Positions 34,950 to 48,140 of a stretch of 64,000 nucleotides of DNA are shown here, piece by piece. Positions within the stretch are counted from its first letter, which is position 1. Every line of letters starts with the position of its first letter. The DNA is from Psammoneis japonica (taxonomy: Eukaryota), in NCBI GenBank assembly GCA_008632985.1, contig QPGO01000015.1:125998-189997 (forward strand), written 5' to 3'. The notes under the pieces are model-generated. The model was not told the origin of the DNA and did no database searches. It was given only the letters and a program-made list of their open reading frames with translations. The position numbers and the translations under genes were made by a program.

Positions 34950-37900
34950 GCAGGTTGACGGTCACCGTGTTAACGGTGTTTGGGTTCCGCGTGGCGGCGT
35001 TGTTGCCAGCGCAGCGGTGGTTTGGGTTGTGTCTGTGGTGGCGGTTTGTTCCCGTGCAGGGTTTGTTGTGTCCATCGCCGACAGCAGTTGTCATGTGCCT
35101 GCTCCTGTTTTGTTGCATTTGCCATCATGTTCGTTGCGTCGAGGGACACAAAGGATTGTCAGGGGCGATTGGGTTGGCCAGTGAAGCATTTGCTGCTCTG
35201 GCTAGAGAGCAGCTCTGAAAATTGGCCACAAACGATTTGTGGCCAAATGAGAAATGGCTTGCACTTGCGCGCAAAAACAACAATGTCGGTGGCGAGGTTT
35301 CGACATTGTTGCTTGCACGCATGTCGGGGGCAGATCAGATTGAAATGCACTGCCCGAAAAAGAAAAACTTTCACCATGCTTCCCACGTGTGAAACCAAAA
35401 AGTGGCCAGTTTGTCTTTGTGGCCAATTTTCCATGTCACTGGAGTTTGAGGAGTTTGTCAATGACAAGCAGAATGACCTGGAATGACCTCCAAAGTGGGC
35501 ACAATTGCGAGAGGTCACAATCAGAAAAAATTCCACCATTTTGCATTTTGGCTGAAATTGCCATGCTCTTTCCCTTTCTCATCCTGCCCTTTCTCCTGCA
35601 TCAAAAAACTGTTGCCAATGAAATCAGGGCTGAAACATCACAAAAGTCTGGCAAGCCCCCACCTGCACACAAGGTCTGCAACTCAAGCAGTGTGCTCATG
35701 CCATGTGCTCATTGGTTGCTTGGCAGCCTCATTTGCTTTGGTCATGGGGAAGCAGATGCACAATCTTTGCATTTTCCCACAGACTTTGCACACCACAATC
35801 TGAGATGACCACGACAATGATCTCTGCAACAAGCTTGGCAAATTGTCTCTAAAAGTGCTGCGACACTGTGCCAGCACTCTGGGGCACCTCAGCTGGCAAG
35901 ACACCAGCAGTTTGGTGCAGGTGGGTGGCACCACCATGATCAAGGACTGCTGTGTGCTGCACTTGTTCATGGGCCTTCATTGCTTGTCCTTGCACTGTTT
36001 TTGCTCAACTTTCACAAGTGAGTGCCACCACAATGTGCTGGGAAGATGGAGCTGCAACTTGAAGCACCAAATTGTTCATGCAGAGTTAATTTTGCACACA
36101 CACACACACACTCACATCCAAGAAAATGCCAGCCAGATGACTCCATCCTGCTCACAGGTGGAGGTTGTGAGTTGGTGGAGCACTGGTGGGTGCAGCAGTG
36201 CAATTTGCATGATTGGCAATGGCACCAAATCAAAATTTTTGTGACAACAAACAATTGCAACAAGCTTTGTTGAATTCCTGCACAACTGCCTGACAGTGCT
36301 GTTGGCTGAACAACAACACAACCTTTTTTTCCTTTCCAAACTGCCCATGCAATGCTGGCAGCATGCTCTGGCACAACTGAAGGCACAGGTGCTCTTTTCT
36401 TGTGTGTGAAATGCTGCAAGATGCTGCACAGTGCATCATTTGCAGGGGGGCTGCTGTCTGCCTTGTTGCTTTTCTTGACACCCCTGCTGCTGTCTTCTTG
36501 TTTCCCCACACATTTTTTGCATCAAAGCTGCAACATTTAATTGTGGAAAGCAAAAGGTCACTCACACACTTGCCACAGATCTCACACACCCTTTGACAAC
36601 ACAAAATCTGGGCCACTTTTGTGTTTGCAAATTTGAGCTGGATTTCACTTTTTTTGATTTGGCGGATGAACAGCCAGGGGGTGCACACATGGTTCTGAGT
36701 TTCCAGGGCACAGGTGTGGTTGTGGAAAGAAGGCCACTTGCTGCAAGTGCAGCATGTGCATGTTTGAGCAAGACCAGACTGAGAGAATCAGAGATGCCAC
36801 CACCTTGGATGGGCTGCACCTTCTTGATGACTTGACATGGTGATGCTGGCTGCCAACTGAGTGCCTGCAACAGAGCCACACATGAGCACATCTGATGTGC
36901 AATGCATGCATGAGCACATGCCAGTCATTTGTGCATTTTGCCAACAGGGCAGTGTGGGTGGAAAGAGGGGGGCAAATCTGGGGAGGGCAATTGCACCATC
37001 TGTTCTTTTTTTTCATTGCCCGCTGCTGTGCAAAAACAGAGGGCCAGGAAGGGTGGGAATTTGTTGGCATTGTTGAGCCATTTTAGGCCAACACAGCTGA
37101 CCACATTGCTGCCAATGATTGTCTGAAGGTGCAACAAGGGGGCGCAGGGTTGGCTTCTCTCTTGTCATTTGTCTGACCTCCTGTGTGCTGCTGTCCTGTG
37201 CAGTGATTGCTTCAAGGAAAAGCTTGGCTGCCAACAAATGATCTTGTCCTTGTGCTTGGCTTGTTGTCTTGGCTGCAAGAGCTGGGGATTCTCACTGCTG
37301 CTGCCTTGTCTGGGCTGCACCTTGGCAACATGAGACACAGCATTGCCTCCAAATGGCAACATTTGCACAAATGAGTGTGTCTGGTGAGGTGCAGAAGCAC
37401 AGACATTTGTGTGTTGCAGCTGGCCAGCAGCCAGGGGAAAGGGCAACAAAAATCTGCAAATCCAGTTTGGCTCATTTTGTTCCTCAGCACAGCTGTGTGT
37501 GAGAGAGCAGAAGTCAAAGTGCTGCATGGAGTTCAAAGAAGGCAGGGACATTGCTGCCATCCAATTGTCATTGAGGAGGGCCCTGTGCTGCGGCAATCTG
37601 TGATGTGTTCTGTCTCTGGGGGGTGGGTGGACTCAGTGTGACATGAGATGCAAGCTGCAGAGCTCCATGTGCAAGCTCTGTGGCTCATGATGCATGGTGC
37701 AATGAACACACTTGTTGCTCTCAACATGAAAACAAATGACCACTTTTGCATCACATTTGCACCTCTTGTGCTTGAAATTCTGGAAAATCTGAATGAATGC
37801 ACTGCTGCAATCTGTGCAAACATGATCAGAGAGAGTGCAAAAGCAAACACAGACAGTTGTTGAATGCATGGTTCAACAATTGCGCTGGCCTGCAAACCAG

Positions 37901-39330
37901 AGAAGAATGGTCCAAGGTCTCACCCAGAGCTGGGGCTGAGAGCACAGCTTTGCAAATCTCAACCATGTGCACCATGCTGTGAGAAGAGATTCAGTGCAAG
38001 CAAAAATTTTGATTCCAACAATGTGAGGTTGCCCAGCCAGTGCTGTCATTGCAGCAGTGCAATTTCACACCCATCAATCAACCATGACAAGTTGTTGCAC
38101 ATTTGGCTTCATGTTCACAAGCATCTTGACCTGGTGGAAATCTGGCGCTGTTGGCTTCCATGACATTCTGATTGGCTGCAATTTGATTGCACCCCCCTGC
38201 AGTTGGCTGTTTGCACCTTGCTTGCTTCATCATGTGCTTGCTTTTCTGGATGGATTTTTGGCTCCACACTTCAGTTGTGCATCAACCATGAGAATGCAGG
38301 AGTGATTGAATCTGTTTGCATTTCATCCAAATGCCTGCATGCCTCATTGGAGGGAGCATGTTGTGCAGGCCACACAAGAGCACCACAACCAGAACAAATC
38401 TGCAGCTCAAATGTTGACCTGTGTCTTCCAGCAGCAATGAGGCACTGCACTCAGTCATGTTGCACACACTGTTGGCCTGTCAAGCAGTTGTCATTGGTCA
38501 TGCAACCGTTCCACACAATGTTGCACACACATTGCTCCATGAAGACAGTGCACAACCAGTGTGGCAGGAGCAACTGAAAAAACTTTGCACACCAAAGTGC
38601 ACCTGGCAGCACAAAGTGCAAGCTCTCCAGCAACTCAAAGAGAGAAAGATTGTGACCAGCAATCAACAGCCTCACAGCCCTTGGTTGTCAGCTCAAGGAG
38701 CTCTCACAACTTCAAGGAAGTTTCTCACATGTCCTGCTTGGGGCCAATGTCTGGCTGCAAACACAACCAAAGAAATGTGGGAGCTGGCAGGCTCACACAA
38801 AGAGACAGAGTGGGGTGGCCATGTCAGAAAGACAAGCAAGTTCTCAGTTGCCCAGTGCACAGAACTCACAAGCCAAATGTCCAAACCATCCAAACAACAC
38901 TGAGGATGAGCCGTTTCTCTGCACACACTCACCATTCCTCCAAGTGCACCAAGGGATCCACATTTTTGCAATGGCAAGTCTGCTGGGGTCAACAAAGTGC
39001 ACTGGCACTGCAAAGCCAACAATGGTCAAAAGCCTTGGCTCAGGAGATGCAAACAATGAGATCCCAAGCTCAGGTTTTTGCCCTCAAAGTCAATGACAGG
39101 CACAGACAGATGGAGCCCACTGCCCTTTTGCACCCACCCTTGAAGACAAGTGCACTGCAAAACAAAAAATCTGGTGCCAACCTGCCAGAGCACCCAACAA
39201 ATCATCAGGGTTGGCAGTGCAAGCCTTGTTTGAATGAAACCACTTGGGTTCAGCAAGCATTTCTGGAGTGAAGGGCCCACTTGTGAGAGACAGTTGGGAG
39301 CCCCTTCATGCTGCTTTTTTGGAGGTGGCT
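34950..39330. mobile_element. Hypermutated repeat/transposon relic DNA, class unresolved
   Basis: Abrupt switch to TpA-free sequence just upstream of the MFS gene. Only spurious Cys/His-rich ORFs are present. Confidence 0.5.
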
Positions 39331-39334
39331 GCAA

Positions 39335-42300
39335 CTCTTTCCGCACCCATGCTGTTTCTCGTGTTTTCGTTTTTTTATTTTCTCAGCACACAACAAAACA
39401 ACATCAAAATGTAAAACACCATGTAGAAACCAAAACAGGGCACATTTAAGCCGTTCTTGCTTTGTTGCATTCTCTTTCACTCCTGCTGACACTCTGTTGT
39501 TTATGAACCAATCAAAATGAGGACAATGTTGCCAACACACAGTGTTTTACTTTGAGCTCAAAATGCCGATGTTTTTGATGCTGATGATGACAGCAAGCAC
39601 GGAACTGATGATGGTTCTCTTTTTACGGAACGCACCCACAAGAGTGAGGACAGTGATGATTCATGCTCTGCACATGATGAAGACATGGAAGACAATGAAT
39701 TGGAGTGGTTGGCTGACAACCAAAGTGCTCCCATTGAGACTTTGCTAGAGACAGTCTGTTTTTCAGGCCATTCTGCTGCCGACAGCCAGGGTGATGAATT
39801 GGATCATGACAATGATGCAGCCGTGGATCCTTGGAATGAAACTGCCAGACCCTCTGTTGTAACTGCAGCTCAAAAAAAGCAGCGCAAAACCAATTCTGTT
39901 GCTCATCACTGGTTTGAGGAGAGCAGCGCCATTTTCATTTTTCTCGACGACTTGGAGACCAGTGGGGACCGCTGCGGAATTCTTCAGCTGTTGGCACAGT
40001 TGTTGGACCCAGAGGGTGAGACAGTTGCAGAAGACTTTGGTGAGCATGTTCAACCATCTGAAGGAGCAGTCTTCAATGCAACAGCTGCAGAAATGCATGG
40101 CATCCATGAAAATGACCCTTGCATCATGAACGCTGACCCCATTCAAGTCATTTGGCCAAGATTTGTCAAGCGTGTGGAAGACAACATGGACAACAGTCAA
40201 ATTGGAACAACAGTGGTCTGGAATGGTCAGACCTGTGACATGGAGTGGATCTGTGGGACACTCCATTCGCAAAAGCACTTGCACCATGAACTAAAAATGC
40301 TGAAGTTTTGCAACTTTTTCATGGATCCGCACCGTGTCATTGCCAAGTGCCACCAAGGTTGTGAGCTGCATCCCAACAAATCACAGCTGCCCAACTTGAG
40401 GCTTGGCACTTTTTGCAAGTTTGCAACTGGTCAGCCATTGGAAAATGCTCACAACTTTTTGGTGGATTGCAAGGCGCAGTTGGTCATGACATGCGATGAC
40501 AGGTTCAAGAAGCACTGGGACAAGTTGCTCTCAACAGTGTTGGTTGAAGAAATCTGGACAAAGAAACAAATGCGCCATCTAGAAGCAGAGAATGAGCCAA
40601 AGCAAGCAGTTCATGAAGCTTGGAAAGTAGACCAAGATGCTGAAGACTGGGAGCACCCAAGAAATTTGAGCTGCACATCCGCCGGCGGTGGTGGTGCAGT
40701 GGGCCCGTCCAGTGCAGTGTCCAAGGTCTGCTGCACTGGCAACCTTTCTGACTTGTGCAGATGCTTCCTAGATGATGAGGCACTGGACATGACAGCAAAG
40801 GAGTCCAGTTGTTGTGCTCACAGTGAATGGGTGGAAGAGGTGCCATGCCATGAAGGCAAGTCACGATGCTTTTGGAGGATTGACAAAAAGACTCCCACTG
40901 CATCATTGGGAGCATGAGCCGCATGGTTGGTGGTGCCCATGGATTTGCAATGTGATGAATCGTGATGCATTCAGTTTTGAAAAACGTTTCCTTCACTTTG
41001 CTTGGAGTTCAAGAGCACACCCAAAAGGCTCACCAGGCTGTGAACCATTGTTCAAAGTCAATCCAACACTCTACCTTCTATCCTCCAAATTGCAGAGAGG
41101 TTGGAACTGTGGCAAGAAGCTGATGACAGATGAGAGCATGATTCTTCACAAAGGGTGGGCCATCACTTTTGTGCAGTGCATGCCAGCAAAGCCCATCAAG
41201 CATGGGACAAAGGCATTTGCTCTGTGTTGTGCTGAATCTGCTTGTGTGTGTGTGTGTTCATTCTGCATCTGTGCTGGAAAAGACAACGCCAAAGAGACCA
41301 ACACCACCAAGATCGCAGCTCGTCTGATTCGTCAATGTGGCCTCTCTTGTTGGAAAGGCCACATCCTCTGCGTGGACAACTGCTGCACTACAACCGACCT
41401 TGTCAAGCACTGCATGGAACAGCGCAGTTGGTTGGTCATTGGCACCTGCAATCTTGCAGACAAAAAGGTGAAGGACCATGAGGAATGTGACTTTCCATTC
41501 CCCGTGATGTCGAATGGGGTGCTTGAACTCATCACATGTGGGTGGTCACGATGTGCTGCCTTGAGCATGAAGAAAGGCACTGGCTGCTGTGTTGTTCCAG
41601 CAACCATTTGGAAGGACAAGAAGCCAGTTGGGTGGCTGCACTCCCACAATGTCTGTGGGAATGATGGTTGCAAAGCATGGCGGCATGCATGAGGTCACGC
41701 ACAACCACTGGAAATTGATGTGCCGCCAGTGCAAAAAGACTGTGCTCTCAATTTCAATGTGGTTGACACATCTGACAAGGACAGTGCTGTGTGCAGCACA
41801 AGCCTTTGAAGCAACAGGTGGAACCTTTGGCATTTCTTCTTTTCTCTTGACTGAGTCATGTTCTCTTGCTGTGTCATCACAACACATTGTGCAAATTCCG
41901 GGTCCAAGCCAGATTGGAAAGACTGCCTTGACAAAGACCATGGCAGGTGCAGATTCCAAGTTGACTTGGGGCTTGCTTTGATTGAGGCAGGAACAAAAAT
42001 AGATTGGTCAGCTGCACATTCAGAAGATGGGAACAAGTGGGTGCAAAAAGTGTTTCTTTTGCAAAGCCAAAAAGACTTTGGGGGTGGCTCACAAGGTGAG
42101 GTGTGAAAAATTCACTCCTGATGATGCCAGTGCCACCAAATGTACAAAGAAAGAGAGGGTGACATGTCAGCACACAGCCAGTGGTGCATTGCATGCTTGA
42201 GGAAACGGCATCAACAGGTTGGTGAAGACAAGACTTGGGATGAAACCAAGCTGCATTGTCGTGGAATGACTGAAGGGTGCTTGCGCTGTAATGAACTGGT

Positions 42301-42503
42301 CTGCAAAGGTTGCTGGCCAAAATGCAGGCATGACAAGACTTGAAGGGAGTCATTGTTGTTGTTGTTTTTTATGACAGCACATTGTCAGCTCTGTCATCAG
42401 CATCAAGAATGCCAAATTGCATCAGCATTGATCGTGATGTTTGTGGTGTTGTGCACAAAACACGAGTGAGACAAAAAATTTTGTCCCGCAGGTGTGGAAA
42501 AAT
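39335..42503 (+). mobile_element. piggyBac-like DNA transposon, degenerate, with an exonuclease-transposase coding region
   Basis: Transposase motif DESMILHKG.AITFVQCMPAKPIKHG.KAFALC and second Asp motif CVDNCCT, plus a C-terminal Cys-rich domain. Degenerate TIRs are ctctttccgcacc (39335-47) and ggtgtggaaaaat followed by TTAA (42491-42507). An inverted ctcgtgtttt/aaaacacgag pair lies at 39358 and 42457. Confidence 0.85.
39685..42343 (+). pseudogene. DEDDh 3'-5' exonuclease + piggyBac DDE transposase + Cys-rich domain, frameshifted
   Basis: Exo I-like FIFLDDLETSG...ILQL, Exo II-like VVWNGQTCDMEWI and Exo III-like AHNFLVDCKA occur in 39685-40917. The transposase is in 40814-41692 and later fragments, with CIAC...CLRCNELVCKGC at 42140-42343. 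Confidence 0.8.
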
Positions 42504-43886
42504 TTAAAAAAACTTCCCCACAGAATCTCATCTGAAGGGTGGTCACAGCAACAGCCACAACAGTGGCCAAACAATGATGAAAACTCAGCTGCACACTGCC
42601 AGCAATGAAGCAAATGCCAAGCTTGATTTTGGCTGTTCACAATGAGTGCACATTGCCAGCAGCCATCTGGAGCTGGCAATGATGAACCAGAAGATGCTCC
42701 ACTGCTGGCATCTCCAGAACATCAGTGCCCCACTTCATGTCCATGCATTGGCAAATTTTGGCTAAAACAGCAGATGTGTCATGCAGGAGGTGCCCCAAGA
42801 CCTGCAGGAAAGGGACCAACAACAGCTTGGAGCACAGATGTGAGAGGAAATCAACCATGGCAGGTCTTGACTCAGCAGGAAAAGCTCCAAGAGTTTCTGG
42901 GAAAGGGAGCTTCTGACACAACTGAAAAGGCAACAAGCAAGAGCAAAATGGACAAAAAACATCATCTGCCACCTGCTGACACTCCAATCACCAGCCAAGT
43001 GCTTGCTTCAAAAATCAGCACAAAACAACAACAAGCACAAAATGCAGGCCAAATGGCTGTGCAACAGGTGCTGGCCCTGCAAAGATCCCATCAAAGCCCA
43101 GTTTTGCCAGCCAGAGCCAGTGTGAGGTTCTTGCTTGTCTGGATTTTGATGACCAAATTATTTCTGAAGTTTGTCAGATGAGAAAAAGTGAGTCAAAACC
43201 AAAGCTTGGCCCAAGTGACTCCATGATGGCAACAGTGCCAGTCAGAAAAAGAGTGCTGAAAATGGCAGCTTCCAAAGAACTCCTCATCCTCATGGTGCAT
43301 TCTGGTCAAGCCACATTTTGCTGACATGTTGTGCACTCTGAGCAAGCTGGAGGGTGGTGCTTCATTGTGCAACTCACACCAGCAGCAGTGTTGTTGGGAG
43401 CCGATCTCTTGGGTTGGGCAAGCACTTGGCAGCTCTCCAGCAGATCCAACACAAAAGCGGGCACAACACCCAATTTGGCCACCAACACTGGAGTGGGGTG
43501 GTTCAAAATCCAGAGAAAGTAAGTTGTCAACAGCCATGGAAGATGGCTCCAGCCAAAATGCACCATCAGAAATGGGGAATGGCCAGTTGAACAGTTTGTC
43601 AATGTCGACCAAACTGTGAGGCAATGAGCAAGAACAACTCAACAAAAGGGAGTGGACCAACAGCTGATTTGCAACCCCCCCTCCCTTGCATCCTTTGTGA
43701 GTGTGCTGTGTGCATTTTCTCTGGATCAACATTTGTGGGTTGATGGTTTCCATGTTTCAAACAAGCTCAAAAGTTCTCTCCTTTTAGCGCTGTGCACCAT
43801 GGCATCAGGCTGGAACACCATCTGTGCAAATGTGCTCAACAGCAGAGTTGACAATGGTGCTGACTTTCCTGCCCAAAAGGGAGACC

Positions 43887-44247
43887 TGTTAGAACAAGTT
43901 AGAAGATGGGAAATTTAGGAAATCCAGATGTGTTGTTGACAAAAAAAATTGTTGCTCCTGACATGGAGGATGCAGTGACTCACTGAGTGCAAAGGTGTGC
44001 CACCACCAAACTGACCCCACTTGTTTTGTTGTTCTCCCTCTTTGGAGTGAATCATTTGGCTTGTTAAGAACACATGATTGCACTGCATTGGCATCAACAG
44101 GCACCTGTCACATTGTGAGATTGAAGTTTACTTGGACAACTTTGCAGGCAACCCACAGCCACACAAGCAGCCAAGGCAAAAGCACAACAAGAGCAGAGGA
44201 AGCCTTGTGAGATTCCTGTTTGGTGCTGTTAAATTGCTGGTTCAACA
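43887..44247 (+). repeat. 5' LTR
   Basis: TGTTAGAACAA...CTGGTTCAACA, collinear with 51462-51964. Confidence 0.88.
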
Positions 44248-47200
44248 TTCACTCCAAAGAGCTGACAGCACAATCATGTTGGTGATTGTGGATGCTTTGC
44301 TGCCTGAAATTAAACAGATTGCTGAGCAGCAGCAATGTGAGTGGCAGAGGAAGTGCCAGAAACAATGACCAAGGCCAGGGTTGCAGTCATGGAAAGGGTG
44401 ACAACAGCCACAGCTCCTCTCAAGCCAAGAAGAAGACCACTGCTGAGAGATGCTTTTAGCCTCAGATGAAATTTCATCCTTCATCACTGATGGCAACAAC
44501 TCTTGTTGGAATGCAACCTTTGAAGATGTCCAGGAAAAGATTGTGAGGTGCGTGCAGAAGGAGTGCGCTCTCAAGGTGCACACATGGCAAGGTTCATTGA
44601 AGACATGGCTTGCAACAACTTCAGCACTGAAAGGCTGAAATTGGGAATGGCACTGATGGTGGCACTGACACCAGACAAGTCAGACAAGTTGCCACAGAGA
44701 CAACAAGAGGAAAAGGAACCAGAGCTCCAGTGCAAGGCAAAGCTTCCAAATGCAGTGGCCAAGCAAGGCAGCTCAAAGAGAACAAGACTGCAGCATTCAC
44801 CAACAAGACATCAGATGACTGCTGCACCAAGCAATTGAAGCAGAAAGTGCAAGCTGATCCCACTCATGCAAAGATCAGGGACAATCCAATCAAGCCATTG
44901 AAGCTGATCCAATCACTCACCTTCAACTCTGTGAGAGGTCAACACCCATTTCACAAGCTTGCCAGATCAATCCAGAATCTGCTGGATGAGAAACAACAAA
45001 ATCACAAGTCACTGAATGACTGCTTGTCAGGATTCAAGAATCAATGAGACACCACAAGTGAAGGTCTTGGCAAGCAAAGGCTGGATGAGTTCATTGAGAA
45101 TGCTGAAGAGTGCAAGGACAGTGCCAAAAGGCAACAAGGGGAAATGACAGATGCAGCATTTGAAACACAGACAACACACCTGTTTGTGCAGCATGATGAC
45201 AACTGCTTGTGCACAAGCTTCAAGAAGAGCTTCATCAGAGATTGCAGCCTGGGAAAGGACACATGTGCAAAGACCCCAGAGAAGGCAATGGATGCACTGC
45301 TGAATCATCTGAAAGACAAGAATCTTCACAAGAGAAACAACAAGAAGAACAACAAGCATGCAAATGATGACAACAAGAGCAAGAGGTCCGATTGTAGAAA
45401 GGACCAAAGCCATGCTCAGAAGAGCAACCAGAAGGACACTGTGACATGTCGCTGCTGTGGGGAAGCAAGCCACATGGCCCCAGACCCAGACTGCAAGCAC
45501 AAAAGAACAAGACAGTGTGTGATGATTGGCTCAAGGTTGCCGGCAGGAAACCAGATGCAAGGGGACAAAGTCATTTTCAGAAACAAGACAAAGACATCTC
45601 TTCTTTGAACATTGACAACACCAGTGCAAATGCCACCAGATCTGACCAATCCACCTGTTCAAACCAAAAAGCAGAGGAGCTGCATGGCATGGATTGCAGC
45701 TGGTCAACAAGAAACCAGAGTCAAGCATGAACCAAGTCAACAAAGACATTGGCATGGATGAGATCATCCTCAACAATGGTTTGACCCTCAGCAGCATGGT
45801 GGCCAGCTGGAGACCAGTGCACAATGTGTGACCCGCCAGGCCAAGATGGACCTGTCCAAGAATGCAGGAGTGGGCACTTTAGATGAGGCTGCACCACACC
45901 CAGATGGGAGGACATGAAGCTTAAATTGCAAGAAAATGTGTCAGCAAATGTTCTCAGGCCAAAGGATGTGAAGAGCAAACACCATCTTGCACATGACAGC
46001 CGAGTGGCAGACAAGTTGCAGCTGCTGGACAAGAAGACTGGCAAGAAAGTTGTGGTGTTCAAAGTCAACAACATCAGACTGCATGCCTTTGCACCAAGCC
46101 AGAAGTTCTTCAGCTGCACAAAAGATCTCCAAGAAAGCAAGCCCCATGTGAGCAGCTGTCAAAGACAAAGGAAAGGCTCAAAAAGAAGGGCAACACAAAA
46201 GCAGCAATGAGAGGCACCACAGGAGTGCACATGGAACTGTGGTTCTGATGCTCCCAGAGGGAGGTGGCGAATGCTGAGCAAGTGCTCAGGCCATGTTGCA
46301 AAGCCAGAATCCCCAGTGTGAGAGATTTCAAGCTGTTTTTACAATCAAAACAGGTGAAGAATCTGTCTGTCACACCTGAAGACGTGGACAGAATGGCGGA
46401 CATTTGGGGACCATCTGTCAAGGTGCCAAGAGAAAAGACCAAATGCACACATTGATCCCATGAGAGGAGCAACATCATTGCAATGACACTTGAGACACAA
46501 ACAAGAAACAGAGAGAAGGCATGATCCTCTGTGCTGACATTGTGGAAGCATGTGGAGCAAAGATCCTGCATGCAATCGACAAGACAATCAAGCGTTGATC
46601 AAATGTGAGACTGTGATCCAAGAAACATGCTGATGTGTGCAACATGTTGGACATGATGCTGCACCAATGCAGCATGGCTTTGTTCAAGATTGAATTTGTT
46701 GAGTGCAATTGCAAATTCAAGGACATGCTGGAAGACACTGCTGATGACCTGAACCTCAAACTGCCATCTGCAAATGCCAGCAACCATGTTCCTGAAAATG
46801 AGTGAAGTGTTGACACCATCAAGGAACAATCTTGAGCCACGGTGCACCACATGCCACACAAGGTGACACCCAAGCTGATGTTCAAGCACACAATGATCAA
46901 GAACACTGTGATGGTGAACACCAGCCTGCAAAAGGAAGGAATCTTTGACATGTGCAGTCCACACACTGTCATGCAAAGAAGAGTCCTTGTCCCATGTCAA
47001 AAATGGCTTGACAAACATGACAGAAGTGTGTGGTGTCAACAGCATGTGCCCCTGTGACCACATCTTGATGCACCCAAGGGTGGAGACTGCATGATGAACC
47101 TGCACACAGGGAAACTGCTGAACCCTGCAAATGCACTGCTGCACCCCTGACTGACATGCATGTGAGAGCAGCCAGTCAAGAAGATGGCCTCAGCAAAAGG

Positions 47201-47522
47201 CATCAAAGACTTTGAGTTTGTGGGAAAATGTGGAGACAACCTGCATGATGCTGATTGGACTGCAAGAGTGGACAACAAAAGAAAACAACAAAAACAAAGA
47301 AGACAACAACAACAGCAAAGAGGAAAGTGACAGCAAAGACAAAAACAAGTGCAAGATGATGGCAACTGAGTGACCAAATCAGAAGACAAACACTGCTGTG
47401 AAGAAGAGCCTGATCCAGAAGATGAATGTGAAGAAGCGAACAAATTGCTGGCAGGCAAAAGGTCCAATTCCAGTCAAAACACAAAGACAACGAGACAACA
47501 AAGAACAAGAAGACTGTGAAGA

Positions 47523-48140
47523 TGACAGAATGCCGAAGGTCAATGATGACAGAGGTGTGAAAGACTCCCCAAGCACCAGGACTGTGACAACACGAGCACC
47601 AGCAGATGAGAAAGTGAGAGGCAGATCTCAGAGAGATCTGCTCGTCATCTAGATGGTCTTGCCGTCATCCGCGTGCAGTCTGTCCATCGCAGGACAGTTG
47701 CATGTTCTTGAAATTCACAACAGATCTCTGCAATGGACATTGGAGCGGCCTTTGCAAGGTCGGGAGATGCCATGGTTTTACTTGGTGAGGGCATTTTTGG
47801 TCATGCACATGCAGAAATCTGGCATGTTTCTATGATCGTGAAAAATGCTGGGAAAGCGAGAAAAAAATGTTGTTGGAACAGACGATGAGGCTTGCTCGGT
47901 CGGCTCACAAAACAAACAAATCAAGACAGAAAGCTTGGAGCAGAGTTCTGTGGCACAGCGCAAGGCCATGACCTGACAGAATGCCAAAGGTCAATGATGA
48001 CAGAGGTGTGAAAGACTCCCCAAGCACTGGGACCACGAGCACCAGCAGATGAGAAAGTGAGAGGCAGATCTCAGAGAGATCTGCTCATCTGTCCAGATGG
48101 TCTTGCCATCATCCGTGTGCAGTCTGTCTGTCGCAGGATA
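47523..48140 (-). mobile_element. TRIM-like miniature LTR element nested in the copia pol region
   Basis: Direct repeats at 47523-47696 and 47974-48140 (~170 bp) flank a 277-bp non-coding core. On the minus strand the first repeat ends TGTCA and is followed by GGTCATGGCCTTGCG, resembling the GGTTATG half-tRNA-iMet PBS. No clear TSD or PPT. Confidence 0.65.

Noticed and set aside
39685..42343. Alternative genetic code or RNA editing to explain Tyr-to-Cys/His
   Set aside because: Neighbouring genes use TAY for Tyr normally, non-coding LTRs show the same changes, and the TE frames also have frameshifts.
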